From positions 2,880,001 through 2,944,000 of the forward strand of contig OZ244587.1 of the NCBI GenBank assembly GCA_965218095.1: DNA of 64,000 bases, read 5' to 3'. The stretch comes from Candidatus Poribacteria bacterium. Its GTDB lineage: Bacteria > Poribacteria > WGA-4E > PCPOR2b. Both the position numbers and the translations under genes were made by a program. The notes under the pieces are model-generated. The model had not been told where the DNA came from. It saw only the letters and a program-made list of their open reading frames with translations, and searched no databases. Shown piece by piece: positions 10,383 through 20,129 of this stretch; within the stretch, counting starts at the first letter, position 1, and each line of letters opens with the position of its first letter.

Positions 10383-11222
10383 ATGATCGATAGAACATGC
10401 AATTGCGAACCAACGCTGACAGATCAACAGGTAATCGAATTTTGCAGGAATGGTTTTACCATCCTCGAAGGGGTGGTGCCGGACGAGGTCAACCGCCGCA
10501 CCCTGAACTTCCTCGATGAGCATCCCGGGATAGAACCGGTCGAGCTCCTGGCCGAGGACTGGTTCGTCGATGGGGTTCTCAAAAACCCGCAAGCGGCGGG
10601 CGTGGTGCGGTCGCTCCTGGGCAAAAACTTCAAGCTGCCAATGATTCTGAGCAACCATCGTGTCCAGTGTCCCAGGACGCTCACCTGTGGTTGGCATCGC
10701 GACGGTGGAGCGATTGACACGCCGCGGATCGACTTTTTATACGGGTTCTATTACCCGCAGGACACGCCGGAAGAAATGGGCCCGACCGAGTTGGTGCCCA
10801 GTTCGCACTTCATCCGCATCAAACGCCGCTTCATGAGTCACTACGGCGGCATCCGCAAAGGGGTGAAGACCGTCGCGCCGGCAGGGTCGATTTTCATCAC
10901 CCATTTCTCGATTTGGCATCGCGCCATCTCTTCCACCGCCAGCGGTATCCGTAACCTGCTCAAGTATACCTATTGGCGGACGACGCCGCCGAAACGCGAC
11001 TGGGTCGTCGATCCGGATCTCGACTTTATGCAGGTGAAGTTCCGGCCTGACATCTCACTGGGCGAGACACACTACGACTCCATCCACGTTGCGCGGATGT
11101 TTCAGTGGCTATGTGGTCTGGGTGACGATTTTGAGTTCAAGGGCGGTCAATCCTGGCCAATGACCGCTGGAGGAGGTTACAACACAACCGAGGGACTACC
11201 GCCAGAACTGGCTCGGCAGTAG
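10383..11222 (+). CDS. PhyH family dioxygenase
   Basis: LTDQQVIEFCRNGF, WHRD, YYPQDTP..MGPT...PSSH, IWHR; start at ATG 10383 after AGGAG. Confidence 0.9.
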   Translation: MIDRTCNCEPTLTDQQVIEFCRNGFTILEGVVPDEVNRRTLNFLDEHPGIEPVELLAEDWFVDGVLKNPQAAGVVRSLLGKNFKLPMILSNHRVQCPRTLTCGWHRDGGAIDTPRIDFLYGFYYPQDTPEEMGPTELVPSSHFIRIKRRFMSHYGGIRKGVKTVAPAGSIFITHFSIWHRAISSTASGIRNLLKYTYWRTTPPKRDWVVDPDLDFMQVKFRPDISLGETHYDSIHVARMFQWLCGLGDDFEFKGGQSWPMTAGGGYNTTEGLPPELARQ

Positions 11223-11341
11223 CATCCGAGCCATGCTCCCAAGGATACTTGTTTGATGATGAAGCAATAAGGCATTTCATTTCGCAATGAGTAGATTCAG
11301 GCTTGACATTTAAGATGGACATTTATACGGAGGTGTTTCGC

Positions 11342-14300
11342 ATGACAACCCTCAACCTCAAACCCACCCACAAACCCATCAAAGCCTATTATGAATCACT
11401 CAAGCAATTTGACCGGCTCGGCGTTACACATGAAACCGCTGTCCGATTGGCGTTCCAATCCCTGCTTGAATCGTGTGGACGACAGTTTGATTGGACGCTC
11501 GTTCCTGAACATTCAATAACCCCCCTTGATAAGGGGGGCCAGGGGGGTTCCGGTCAAAACAAGCGCATCGTCATTGATGGCGCGTTGATTGACGGTTTCA
11601 AGCTGATTCACGGCTATTGGGAGGCAAAGGATATCCACGATGACCTGCCCTCCGAAGTGCTACGCAAGTTTGAGGCAGGCTATCCGCGTGACAACATCCT
11701 CTTCCAAACCCCACAACGCGCCAGTCTTTGGCAGAACCATCAGCAGGTGCTCGATGCGGATCTGACCGACCCGACGCAACTGATACAGACCCTCGAAACC
11801 TTCTTTGCCCACCGTCCGCCAGAATATACCGAATGGGAGGAGGCGGTGTCGCAGTTCAAAGACAAAGTGCCCGACATCGGGAGCGGGTTGGCGGATTTAA
11901 TCCAAAAGGAACGGGGGACCAACCCCCGCTTTACCAGGGCGTTTGGGGATTTTCACGAGAAATACCGTCAATCGATCAACCCCAATCTCTCCGAAGCCGC
12001 TGTCGAGGAGATGCTGATTCAACACCTCTTGACCGAGCGCATCTTCCGCACGGTTTTCGATAACCTCGACTTCACCCGCCGCAATGTCATCGCCAATGAG
12101 ATCGAGAAGGTGATAGACGCGCTCACGTCTCAGTCGTTCAGTCGTCATGATTTTCTCCAAAGCCTTGATCGTTTTTATGTCGCAATCGAACGCACTGCCG
12201 CGACAATCAGCAACTTTTCCCAAAAGCAGGGGTTTCTCAACACGGTTTACGAGCAGTTTTTTCAAGGCTTTTCGGTCAAGGTTGCGGACACACACGGGGT
12301 CGTTTACACGCCCCAGCCGATCGTTGATTTTATGGTGAAAAGCGTTGAGCGTATCCTACAGACCGAATTCAATCGATCGCTTTCCGATTCCGGTGTTCAC
12401 ATCATCGACCCGTTTGTGGGGACAGGCAATTTCATCGTGCGGACCATGCGCGAGATTCGCAGAACCACGCTAGAGGATAAGTACACGACCGAACTTCACT
12501 GCAACGAGGTGATGCTACTCCCGTACTACATCGCAAGTATGAACATTGAGCATGAGTTTTACGAGGCGACTGGCACATATCAGCCGTTTGGGGGAATCTG
12601 CCTTGTTGATACGTTTGAACTGGCAGAGGACCGACAGTTGCCGTTGTTCACGCCTGAGAACACGCAGCGCGTTGAAAAACAAAGGGAGACGCCGATGTTT
12701 GTGATTATCGGCAATCCACCCTACAATGTTGGTCAGGTCAACGAGAACGACAACAACAAAAATCGGAAGTATGAGACGATGGATGAGCGGGTTGCGGAGA
12801 CGTATGCAAAAGACTCGACAGCGACGAATAAAAACGCATTGGCCGATCCGTATGTGAAGGCGATTTGGTGGGCATCGGATCGGATTGGAGAGGAAGGGGT
12901 TGTCGCCTTTGTAACGAACAACAGTTTTCTCAACGGAGTGGCGTTTGACGGGATGCGAAAACACCTCGCAGACGATTTCGACGCGGTTTACATTCTGGAT
13001 CTGAGTGGGAACGTCCGCAAGAATCCGAAGTTGTCAGGGACAACGCACAACGTCTTTGGGATTCAGGTGGGTGTGAGCATCAATTTTTTCGTCAAAAGAC
13101 GCGACAACGCAAATTCCCAAGCCGAAATGTTCTACGCTCGTGTTGATGAATTTTGGCGTAAGGAGGACAAGTATCGCCATCTCGATTCAAAGAAGCATTA
13201 CCAAAACATCGAATGGAAGCCGATAACGCCTGACCAGCGATACACATGGCTCACCGAAGGCCTCCACACCGAATTTGAGACCTTTATCCCGATGGGAAGC
13301 AAGGAAGCGAAGGCAGCGAAGGGTGAGGCGGTGGATGTGATTTTTAAGATTTATAGCCGCGGTGTCGTAACCTGCCGCGATGCGTGGGCTTACAACTTCA
13401 ACCGAAACACACTGGCTGAAAACATGAGCGGGATGATTGATGCCTACAATGAGCAGGTCTTCAAGTGGGAACATCGGGAGGATAGGGATGCAAACGTTGA
13501 TGATTTTGTGATTTCTGATGAGGCGAAAATCAAGTGGAGTTCAGGGTTAAAGCAGAAGTTGAAAAGCGGGCAGCTCGCAGAATTTGCAGATACAAAAATC
13601 CGACAATCGCTCTACCGTCCCTTTACAAAATCGAATCTCTACTTTGACCGAATGATAACTGAGCGTGTATACGTCTTTCCCTCCATCTTCCCTACACCTG
13701 AAACCGAACAAGGGAATCGTGTGATTTGTGTAAGTGGTATCGGAGGCAACAAACCTTTTCACACCTTGATGGCAGAAATGATTCCGTGTCTTGACAGTCT
13801 CGAAAAAACCCAATGCTTTCCCTTCTACATCTACGACGAGGACGGGACAAACCGCCGCGAAAATATCACCGATTGGGCGTTGGAACAATTCCGCACCCAT
13901 TACCGAGACGACACAATCACCAAGTGGGACATCTTTCATTATATCTATGCGGTGCTGAATCACCCCGATTATCGGGATCGGTATCAGGCGAACCTCAAGC
14001 GGGACCTGCCGCGCCTGCCGTATACGCCCGACTTTTGGGGGTTTGCCAAAGCGGGGCAACGGTTGGGGGAAATCCACATTGGCTATGAAGACCAACCCGA
14101 ATATCCGATTCGGTTCATCGAAAACCGTGAAGTGCCACTCGATTGGCGCGTGGAGAAGATGAAGCTGTCCAAAGACAAAACGCAGATTGTGTATAACGAC
14201 TTCCTGACCCTCGACGGGATTCCCCCGAAGGCGTTTGATTATCGGCTTGGGAATCGGTTGGCGTTGGAATGGGTGATAAATCAGTATCGCGTCAAAACGG

Positions 14301-14437
14301 ACAACCGGACGCAAATCGTCAACGACCCGAATCGTGCGGACGACCCGCAGTACATTGTCAAACTCATTGGGAAGGTGATTGCGGTCAGTTTGGAGACGGT
14401 GGAGATTGTGGAGGGGTTGCCGGGGTTAGGAATCTGA
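11342..14437 (+). CDS. Fused restriction-modification protein (Type IIG/ISP-like): nuclease-like N-terminus, N6-adenine methyltransferase, C-terminal specificity domain
   Basis: D...YWEAKD nuclease-like motif, VYTP, DPFVGTGNF (motif I), GNPPY (motif IV), YRPF and LKRDLPRLP C-terminal motifs; no helicase domain; GGAGG RBS before ATG 11342. Confidence 0.88.
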   Translation: MTTLNLKPTHKPIKAYYESLKQFDRLGVTHETAVRLAFQSLLESCGRQFDWTLVPEHSITPLDKGGQGGSGQNKRIVIDGALIDGFKLIHGYWEAKDIHDDLPSEVLRKFEAGYPRDNILFQTPQRASLWQNHQQVLDADLTDPTQLIQTLETFFAHRPPEYTEWEEAVSQFKDKVPDIGSGLADLIQKERGTNPRFTRAFGDFHEKYRQSINPNLSEAAVEEMLIQHLLTERIFRTVFDNLDFTRRNVIANEIEKVIDALTSQSFSRHDFLQSLDRFYVAIERTAATISNFSQKQGFLNTVYEQFFQGFSVKVADTHGVVYTPQPIVDFMVKSVERILQTEFNRSLSDSGVHIIDPFVGTGNFIVRTMREIRRTTLEDKYTTELHCNEVMLLPYYIASMNIEHEFYEATGTYQPFGGICLVDTFELAEDRQLPLFTPENTQRVEKQRETPMFVIIGNPPYNVGQVNENDNNKNRKYETMDERVAETYAKDSTATNKNALADPYVKAIWWASDRIGEEGVVAFVTNNSFLNGVAFDGMRKHLADDFDAVYILDLSGNVRKNPKLSGTTHNVFGIQVGVSINFFVKRRDNANSQAEMFYARVDEFWRKEDKYRHLDSKKHYQNIEWKPITPDQRYTWLTEGLHTEFETFIPMGSKEAKAAKGEAVDVIFKIYSRGVVTCRDAWAYNFNRNTLAENMSGMIDAYNEQVFKWEHREDRDANVDDFVISDEAKIKWSSGLKQKLKSGQLAEFADTKIRQSLYRPFTKSNLYFDRMITERVYVFPSIFPTPETEQGNRVICVSGIGGNKPFHTLMAEMIPCLDSLEKTQCFPFYIYDEDGTNRRENITDWALEQFRTHYRDDTITKWDIFHYIYAVLNHPDYRDRYQANLKRDLPRLPYTPDFWGFAKAGQRLGEIHIGYEDQPEYPIRFIENREVPLDWRVEKMKLSKDKTQIVYNDFLTLDGIPPKAFDYRLGNRLALEWVINQYRVKTDNRTQIVNDPNRADDPQYIVKLIGKVIAVSLETVEIVEGLPGLGI
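11519..11549. repeat. G/C-rich palindromic short dispersed repeat inside a CDS
   Basis: ACCCCCCTT-GAT-AAGGGGGGCCAGGGGGGTT, 8-bp stem; similar copy at 14443-14472. Confidence 0.7.
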
Positions 14438-14442
14438 AGATT

Positions 14443-14472
14443 ACCCCCTGCTTGCGGGGGGCTAGGGGGGTT
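14443..14472. repeat. G/C-rich palindromic short dispersed repeat, intergenic copy
   Basis: ACCCCCTGCTTGCGGGGGGCTAGGGGGGTT. Confidence 0.65.
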
Positions 14473-14532
14473 GGGGGTGCCTCATTAAACACAGGACATA
14501 AAGAAACGTCTAACAGTTGGGGAGGTTCCGAT

Positions 14533-14625
14533 ATGAAATTCACCGCAGTTTTCAAAAAAGTCCCAGAAGGATACATCGGATTTGTTGAAGAACTGCCCAG
14601 TGCCAATCAACCCTTAAAGCCCTAA
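14533..14625 (+). pseudogene. HicB-family antitoxin N-terminal relic
   Basis: GGAGG RBS, MKFTAVFKKVPEGYIGFVEELPSAN then loses the expected TQGETLEEA continuation. Confidence 0.7.
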
Positions 14626-14667
14626 TCTACTTATTGCATTTCATTTTCAATGAAAGGGGAATATAAA

Positions 14668-15540
14668 ATGAAACGGCTAAAAGGAATTACGATTCTCAGT
14701 GTCGCGTCTCTCTTTGCAGTGGCCGGTTCGATGGCGCAAGATGCTGTCCCCGGCGCCCAGCTTGAGCTGATCGCTTCCGAAGCAAACTTCGTCAGGGAGG
14801 ATTGGAAGAACCTCGGCATCGCCGGCGGGGTGTTGAGAGGTGGAAAGAAGCTTTTGAGAGACACGCCGGTTTTCGAGCCGGCCGCAGGTGGCGAGCTAGC
14901 GCGATTCACCGCCGTGGCTGAACGTCAGTTTTTCGGCAGTATCTTCGGCAGCTTTGCCAAAAACGCGATCTTCCATCTGCAGGACTGGACTGTCGAGCTC
15001 ATCTTGAAGCGCAATGGACCAAGTTATGGCAAGGCACACCATGTTGCTGGCTTCTATTTCGCAGCTTTTAACGGCTGGTGGATGAAAAACACAGACCAGT
15101 GGATCATGTTGGGCTTCATGGAGAACGACACGGGGAAGATGTAGATCGAACTCAAAGAGGCTAAGGACCGTGGGAAGGTTTACAAAAACATCGTCGATAT
15201 CAGGGTAAATCAATGGCATCAGATCTTGTTCACCTACAACAATGCTGCCAACAAACTTCAGGCCTGGATCGATGGTGTGAGGAAAAACGTGGTGAATGCG
15301 GCGCATCGTTTCGATGTCGAGGTGGATATGAACCATCACGCGGTCTTCTCAAGCGCGCACGAGGCGGATGTTGGCGTCGGCGACATTGAGGGAGTGACTC
15401 AGAACTTTAACGGCTCCATTCACCTCGTCCGGGTGTATGACCGGGCGTTGAGCGATGCCGAGATTAGCCCAAACTTTGCTGTTGAGCCTGCCAATAAGCT
15501 CACAACCACCTGGGGCCGCGTCAAGCAGCGTGTAAAGTAA
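14668..15540 (+). pseudogene. Secreted LamG-like protein with KLTTTWGRVK tail, single in-frame TAG
   Basis: ORFs 14650-15144 and 15226-15540 are one frame across TAG 15142-15144; WHQILFTYN, AWIDG, FNGSIHLVRVYDRALS LamG-like motifs. Confidence 0.85.
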
Positions 15541-15594
15541 GTCGGTGGGCTTCAGTTGCTAACATTTTTTCTTGCATTGATAAGAGAGTAACCT

Positions 15595-16824
15595 ATGAGC
15601 AATCTTAAGATTCGAGACGTTCGAGTCATCGTTACGCAGCCAACGGCGAACCTCAATGTGGTAAAAATAGAGACCACTGAGCCCGAACTGTACGGCTTGG
15701 GCTGTGCCACCTTCACCCAGCGTGCGATCCTCGTCGAAGCCGCTGTTAATGACTACCTCCGCCCATTTCTCATCGGCAAAGACCCCGCCGACATCGAAGA
15801 CATTTGGCAGTCATGCAATGTGTCTCCATACTAGCGGAATGGCCCGGTTCTCAACAACGCCATAAGCGGCGTGGACCAAGCCCTGTGGGACATCAAAGGC
15901 AAAGTGGCGGGAATGCCTGCTTACGACCTGTTCGGCGGGAAATCCAGAGAGGCTGCTGCCGTGTACATTGTTCCGGGTGGGCAAGACCTCAAAGAGTATG
16001 AAGAAAATGTCTGGGCTTTTATCGAAGATGGTTTCCGCTGTTTCAAGATAAACGGTGCCGACCGGTTCTTCTCAGACGATTCTCCCCACAAAGGATGGCC
16101 CGTCATCACAAACAAGACTTCTGAGTCCGGCAGCATTTTCGATCCAGAGCGATCGGTACAACAGATAGTGTGTGCCTTTGAATACTTCCGGGATACGTTT
16201 GGTTGGGACGTTGATGTCCTCTATGATGTTCATGAGCGTCTACCGCCTATCATCGGGCTCGGCTTAGCGAAAGACTTGGAACAGTTCAAGCTCTTCTTCT
16301 TGGAAGATCTGTTTGCTCCAGAGGACAACGACTACTTCCGGATGGTACGTGAGCAGACGAGCACGCCTATCGCTATGGGCGAGTTGTACAACAATCCGCA
16401 CGAAATCATCCCGATGGTCAAAGACCGACTGCTAGACTTTTTGCGCGTTCACGTCTCTCAAATCGGCGGACTGACGCCGGCACGGAAGCTGGTGGCGCTG
16501 TGCGAAGCCTTCAACGTCCGAACCGCCTGGCACTGTCCCACGGATGTCTCCCCCGTTGGTCACGCCGCCCAACTCATGCTGGACTTGAATGTGTGGAATT
16601 TCGGCATCCAGGAAGCGGGGCCTTACCAGAGTGATCTGTTGAAGGAAATGTTCCCGGGAACCCCTGAAGTGCGCAACGGGTATATGTGGTCTAACGGCAA
16701 GCCTGGCCTCGGTGTGGATATAGACGAGGAACTGGCAGCGAAGTACCCGATCAAAGAACCCGCCCGTGCCAACTGGTCGTGGGGCAACGTAAGACTCGCC
16801 GATGGCACGGTGATTCGCCCATAA
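15595..16824 (+). pseudogene. Mandelate racemase/enolase-superfamily dehydratase (RspA/ManD-like), single in-frame TAG
   Basis: [49 protein letters not shown], GIQE; TAG 15832-15834 sits at the Trp of YWRNGP. Confidence 0.88.
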
Positions 16825-16916
16825 CCTCACGCAAAAGAAAAAAGCACGACTTTCGCCACGATGCACGAGTACCAGGGATGATTCATTTTATGTTTTACGC
16901 CTAATCATTTTACCGG

Positions 16917-16945
16917 TTGCAGTGTCTTAATGTGCGTGTTATAAT
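16917..16945 (+). promoter_or_regulatory. Sigma70-type promoter for the S41 peptidase
   Basis: TTGCAG-17 nt-TATAAT with extended -10 TG. Confidence 0.65.
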
Positions 16946-16981
16946 TACGCCAAATAAAACGACAAACATGAGGGGGTTGTC

Positions 16982-18481
16982 ATGATTAACTATAATAGAA
17001 GACACACTTTGCCTATCGTCGCTCTGGCTGTTGCTGTCATTATTTCACTCTTTTTCGTACCATTAGGAGAGAAAAATGCGTTAAGTGATCGCGATGATAG
17101 AAACGTATTCATGCTGCAGAAGGCTTTGAGCGAGGCGATTAAAAAGGCAGAGAGGAACTACTACAAGGACATCGATCGGGAAAAAATGTATGAGGGGGCA
17201 ATCAAGGGTGCGCTTGCCGCGCTCGATGATCCGTATTCTTTTTACCTGCCGCCGGTGGATCAGAAACGCGAAGCGGAAAACCTCTACCATGCAAAATTTG
17301 GCGGACTTGGCATTCGGATTTATGTGGATAAAGAATGGATCAAAATTTTCCGTCCTTTGTCCAATAGCCCGGCGATGCGAGCGGGATTGCAGGCGGGCGA
17401 TTATATTACCAAGGTTGATGGGGATGCAATTAATATTGGCGACTCGGGTGGACAGACGCTTGCGGATGTCGTCAACGTTTTAAGAGGCGAAGTTGGTACA
17501 GAGGTCACAATTACGGTACAGCGGAGGGGACATCCAGAACCATTTGATGTGACACTGACCCGCGGGGTTATCCCGATTTCTAGTGTTAAGAAAACGATGC
17601 TAAAGGATGGAATTGGCTATATCCAGATTGACAATTTCACCAGCAGAACGGGTGAAGAGTTCGGAAACGCGCTCAGTGCATTGCTTCATGTCGAGGGCAG
17701 GGGGATGAAGTCACTGGTTCTGGATCTCCGATACAGTCCAGGAGGACTCCTGTCAGCCGCCAAAGATGTAGCGGACGCGTTTATCTCTGAAGGTCTTATT
17801 GTGTCAACGAAAGGTCGGAAAATGAGATTTAACCGGGAGTACCCGGCAACCTCCCAGATCCTCTGCCCGAAGGATGTGGATGTGGTTGTGCTCGTGAATG
17901 AGTTTAGTGCAAGTGGTTCTGAAATTGTCGCGGGAGCAATCAAGGATTCCAGGCGAGGGGTCATCGTCGGCACGAAGACTTTTGGGAAAGGCGTTGTCCA
18001 GCAAAGATTCCCTCTGGAATCTTTAAAGATGGAAGGCGCCGTGTCACTCACGATCTCGACGTATTACACGCCGAGCGGGGTTTCGATTAACAAAACTGGA
18101 GTCACGCCAAACATTGTGGTTGAAGAGGACAAACTCGACACGGTGACGACGGTGATGCGACAAAAAATGCGCAAGGGGGAATATGTCAACAAGTTTGTCG
18201 AGGAGTGGATTGAAATGAAGGAAAAGGAAACAGAGGAAACTCCCAAAGACTTTTCTAAGCTAGAAGCCGATTTACCTCAGTTAATGGATACTCTCAAGGC
18301 AGAGGATATTGAACTTGACATTGAACTTGTCAAGATTGACGCCCGTCGGCTCTTCAACGCGAACGTCGGCATCGATCAACTTATCGATCTCGACCACGAC
18401 AATCAGTTGCAGGAAGCAATCGATCTTATCAAAATGGGTGGGGTTGAGAAGGCGCTCGCATCAACAACAGCAGATCTATAA
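16982..18481 (+). CDS. ctpA: Carboxyl-terminal processing protease (S41A, CtpA/Prc family)
   Basis: LDDPYS, FGGLG PDZ, LDLRYSPGGLL, SASGSEI, TFGKGVVQ, YYTPSG. Confidence 0.92.
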   Translation: MINYNRRHTLPIVALAVAVIISLFFVPLGEKNALSDRDDRNVFMLQKALSEAIKKAERNYYKDIDREKMYEGAIKGALAALDDPYSFYLPPVDQKREAENLYHAKFGGLGIRIYVDKEWIKIFRPLSNSPAMRAGLQAGDYITKVDGDAINIGDSGGQTLADVVNVLRGEVGTEVTITVQRRGHPEPFDVTLTRGVIPISSVKKTMLKDGIGYIQIDNFTSRTGEEFGNALSALLHVEGRGMKSLVLDLRYSPGGLLSAAKDVADAFISEGLIVSTKGRKMRFNREYPATSQILCPKDVDVVVLVNEFSASGSEIVAGAIKDSRRGVIVGTKTFGKGVVQQRFPLESLKMEGAVSLTISTYYTPSGVSINKTGVTPNIVVEEDKLDTVTTVMRQKMRKGEYVNKFVEEWIEMKEKETEETPKDFSKLEADLPQLMDTLKAEDIELDIELVKIDARRLFNANVGIDQLIDLDHDNQLQEAIDLIKMGGVEKALASTTADL

Positions 18482-18519
18482 ATCAAGATACCCGGTCGGC
18501 GGTGGTGGAATCTTTCCTT

Positions 18520-18555
18520 AGCGGTTGCGGCTTCAGGTCGTAGCCGCTTTTTTTT
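18520..18555 (+). terminator. Rho-independent terminator
   Basis: AGCGGTTGCGGC/GTCGTAGCCGCT stem followed by T-run. Confidence 0.75.
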
Positions 18556-18666
18556 GCCCTAACTGCATGCGTGCAACTTCAATCGCAGTAGCCGATAATA
18601 GTACCTATCATCAAATGACTGACTTATTGGCTTGCTATTCTTGGCCGTGTTTCACGTTAATTTGTA

Positions 18667-18694
18667 TTGACAAGCCGCCCCAATATGATAAAAT
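18667..18694 (+). promoter_or_regulatory. Sigma70-type promoter
   Basis: TTGACA-16 nt-TAAAAT with extended -10 TG. Confidence 0.55.
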
Positions 18695-18843
18695 AAAAGA
18701 TACAATGTTAAACTGAATGGCGGCACATTCTGATGGCGATCTAAATCCGGATAAAAAATCTTTTTGATGAATAAATTCTATGAATACCTACAAGGCAATA
18801 GGCGTTTCATAATTGTAGGCACGATTTCATTAGTTATGATTGG

Positions 18844-19490
18844 GTGTATTGTTGGATAAACAGAGGGTATACCTATACGGGTATATTTCTTGCATTGATG
18901 GGTGTGTCTTTGATATTCGCGGAGGTCTTGAAGGGGAAGTGGAAACACATTTGCTGCGCCGCTATTCTTGTGCTCGCTGTGGTTGTCTTCATCTTAGGAG
19001 GGATTAACCAGGACAAAACACCTACCATAGGGAAAGCAGCGGGTGTACAGCAGGAGACCGTGGATAAATCGTCAAGCCCAAACAAAGTGCCAAAGGGTAA
19101 AGCCTCAGTTTCAGTCCCCCGCCTGCACAACATGGCTGATATGATGAATCGGATTTTACCCCCCGAGCAACGTGAAAACCCAACGGTTAAAAAAATAATG
19201 GAGATTATGGCCTCCGATTCATTTCAGGAACAGTTTGGAACAACAAGATCCAAAGACGCTGGACGAATTCGTCCAATTCTTTGCTTCACAAGGTTTGCCA
19301 GAGTTATCAAAGATAGATTTTGATAAAGTAATGGCTGATGGCTACCGAATTATTGAGGCGGATTACAAAGCCAAAAACCCCGGTAAAGCTCCTGAGGATG
19401 AAGACGACGTGATGGCACGCCGATTGGCTGCAGCGATAGAGCAGTCCGGGCCGCTGGGGGGCATGGCTAAATTTATGAAGGATCCTAATA
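18844..19490 (+). pseudogene. Membrane-anchored hypothetical protein, frameshifted and truncated
   Basis: ORFs 18844-19323 and 19235-19540 join by a frameshift at CAGTTTGGAA (~19234); 3' end runs into an unrelated relic. Confidence 0.5.
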
Positions 19491-19491
19491 G

Positions 19492-19958
19492 CGATGGATT
19501 AACTGCGCCATTTCGATTACGGCGCTCTCATTATGCCTGATTTCTCCAAATCTCTTTGCGCAGGTGAATCCATCCGATTTATAGACAAATCTTGAGGATC
19601 TAGAGGTCGGTGGTGACTGGATCTATGACGATCTTGAGCGGGGCATTGCACACGCAAAGGAGATCGGCAAACCACTGTTTGTCCTTTTCCGCTGAGTCCC
19701 CTGAGAGGTATGCAGAGCCTTCAATGGGCAGGTTGTCCGTCAAGATTCCGAGATTGATGCGCTCCAGAAACAGTTTGTCAGTGTCCGCCTTGTCCAGATG
19801 AAACGGGTGGATCTCGCCCAATTTCAATTCGACTGTGATCTCACCTGGGCGGTATTTTTTATGAACCCTATAAGCGGGCAAAACGCGCGGGGCTCAACAA
19901 CAGAGATATTATCGTCGAGGCTGACGGCAAAACGGGAGCGATGAGCCATGCTCATTAA
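19492..19958 (+). pseudogene. Thioredoxin-like/PDZ (seleno)protein relic with UxxUxxC motif
   Basis: Frame 1: WIYDDLERGIAHAKEIGKPLFVLFR-TGA-VP-TGA-EVCRAF...FVSVRLVQM..VDLAQFQFDCDLTWAVFFMNP, then PDZ-like AGLNNRDIIVEADGK in frame 3; SECIS-like hairpin 19724-19740; start lost, TAG at 19582. Confidence 0.8.
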
Positions 19959-20129
19959 ACCTTTATCAGTCTGGCGATGAACTGCCAATCAAGGCTCTCA
20001 GAGAGAAGGATAAAATTTCCCTCACGATTCTACTGGAATAGAAGCGGAAAATATAATCCAACGTCTCCTTTTCCAACATTATCAGCGACCGGAAGAAGGA
20101 AAGGAAACATGGAAGGAAAGGAAGAAAGT

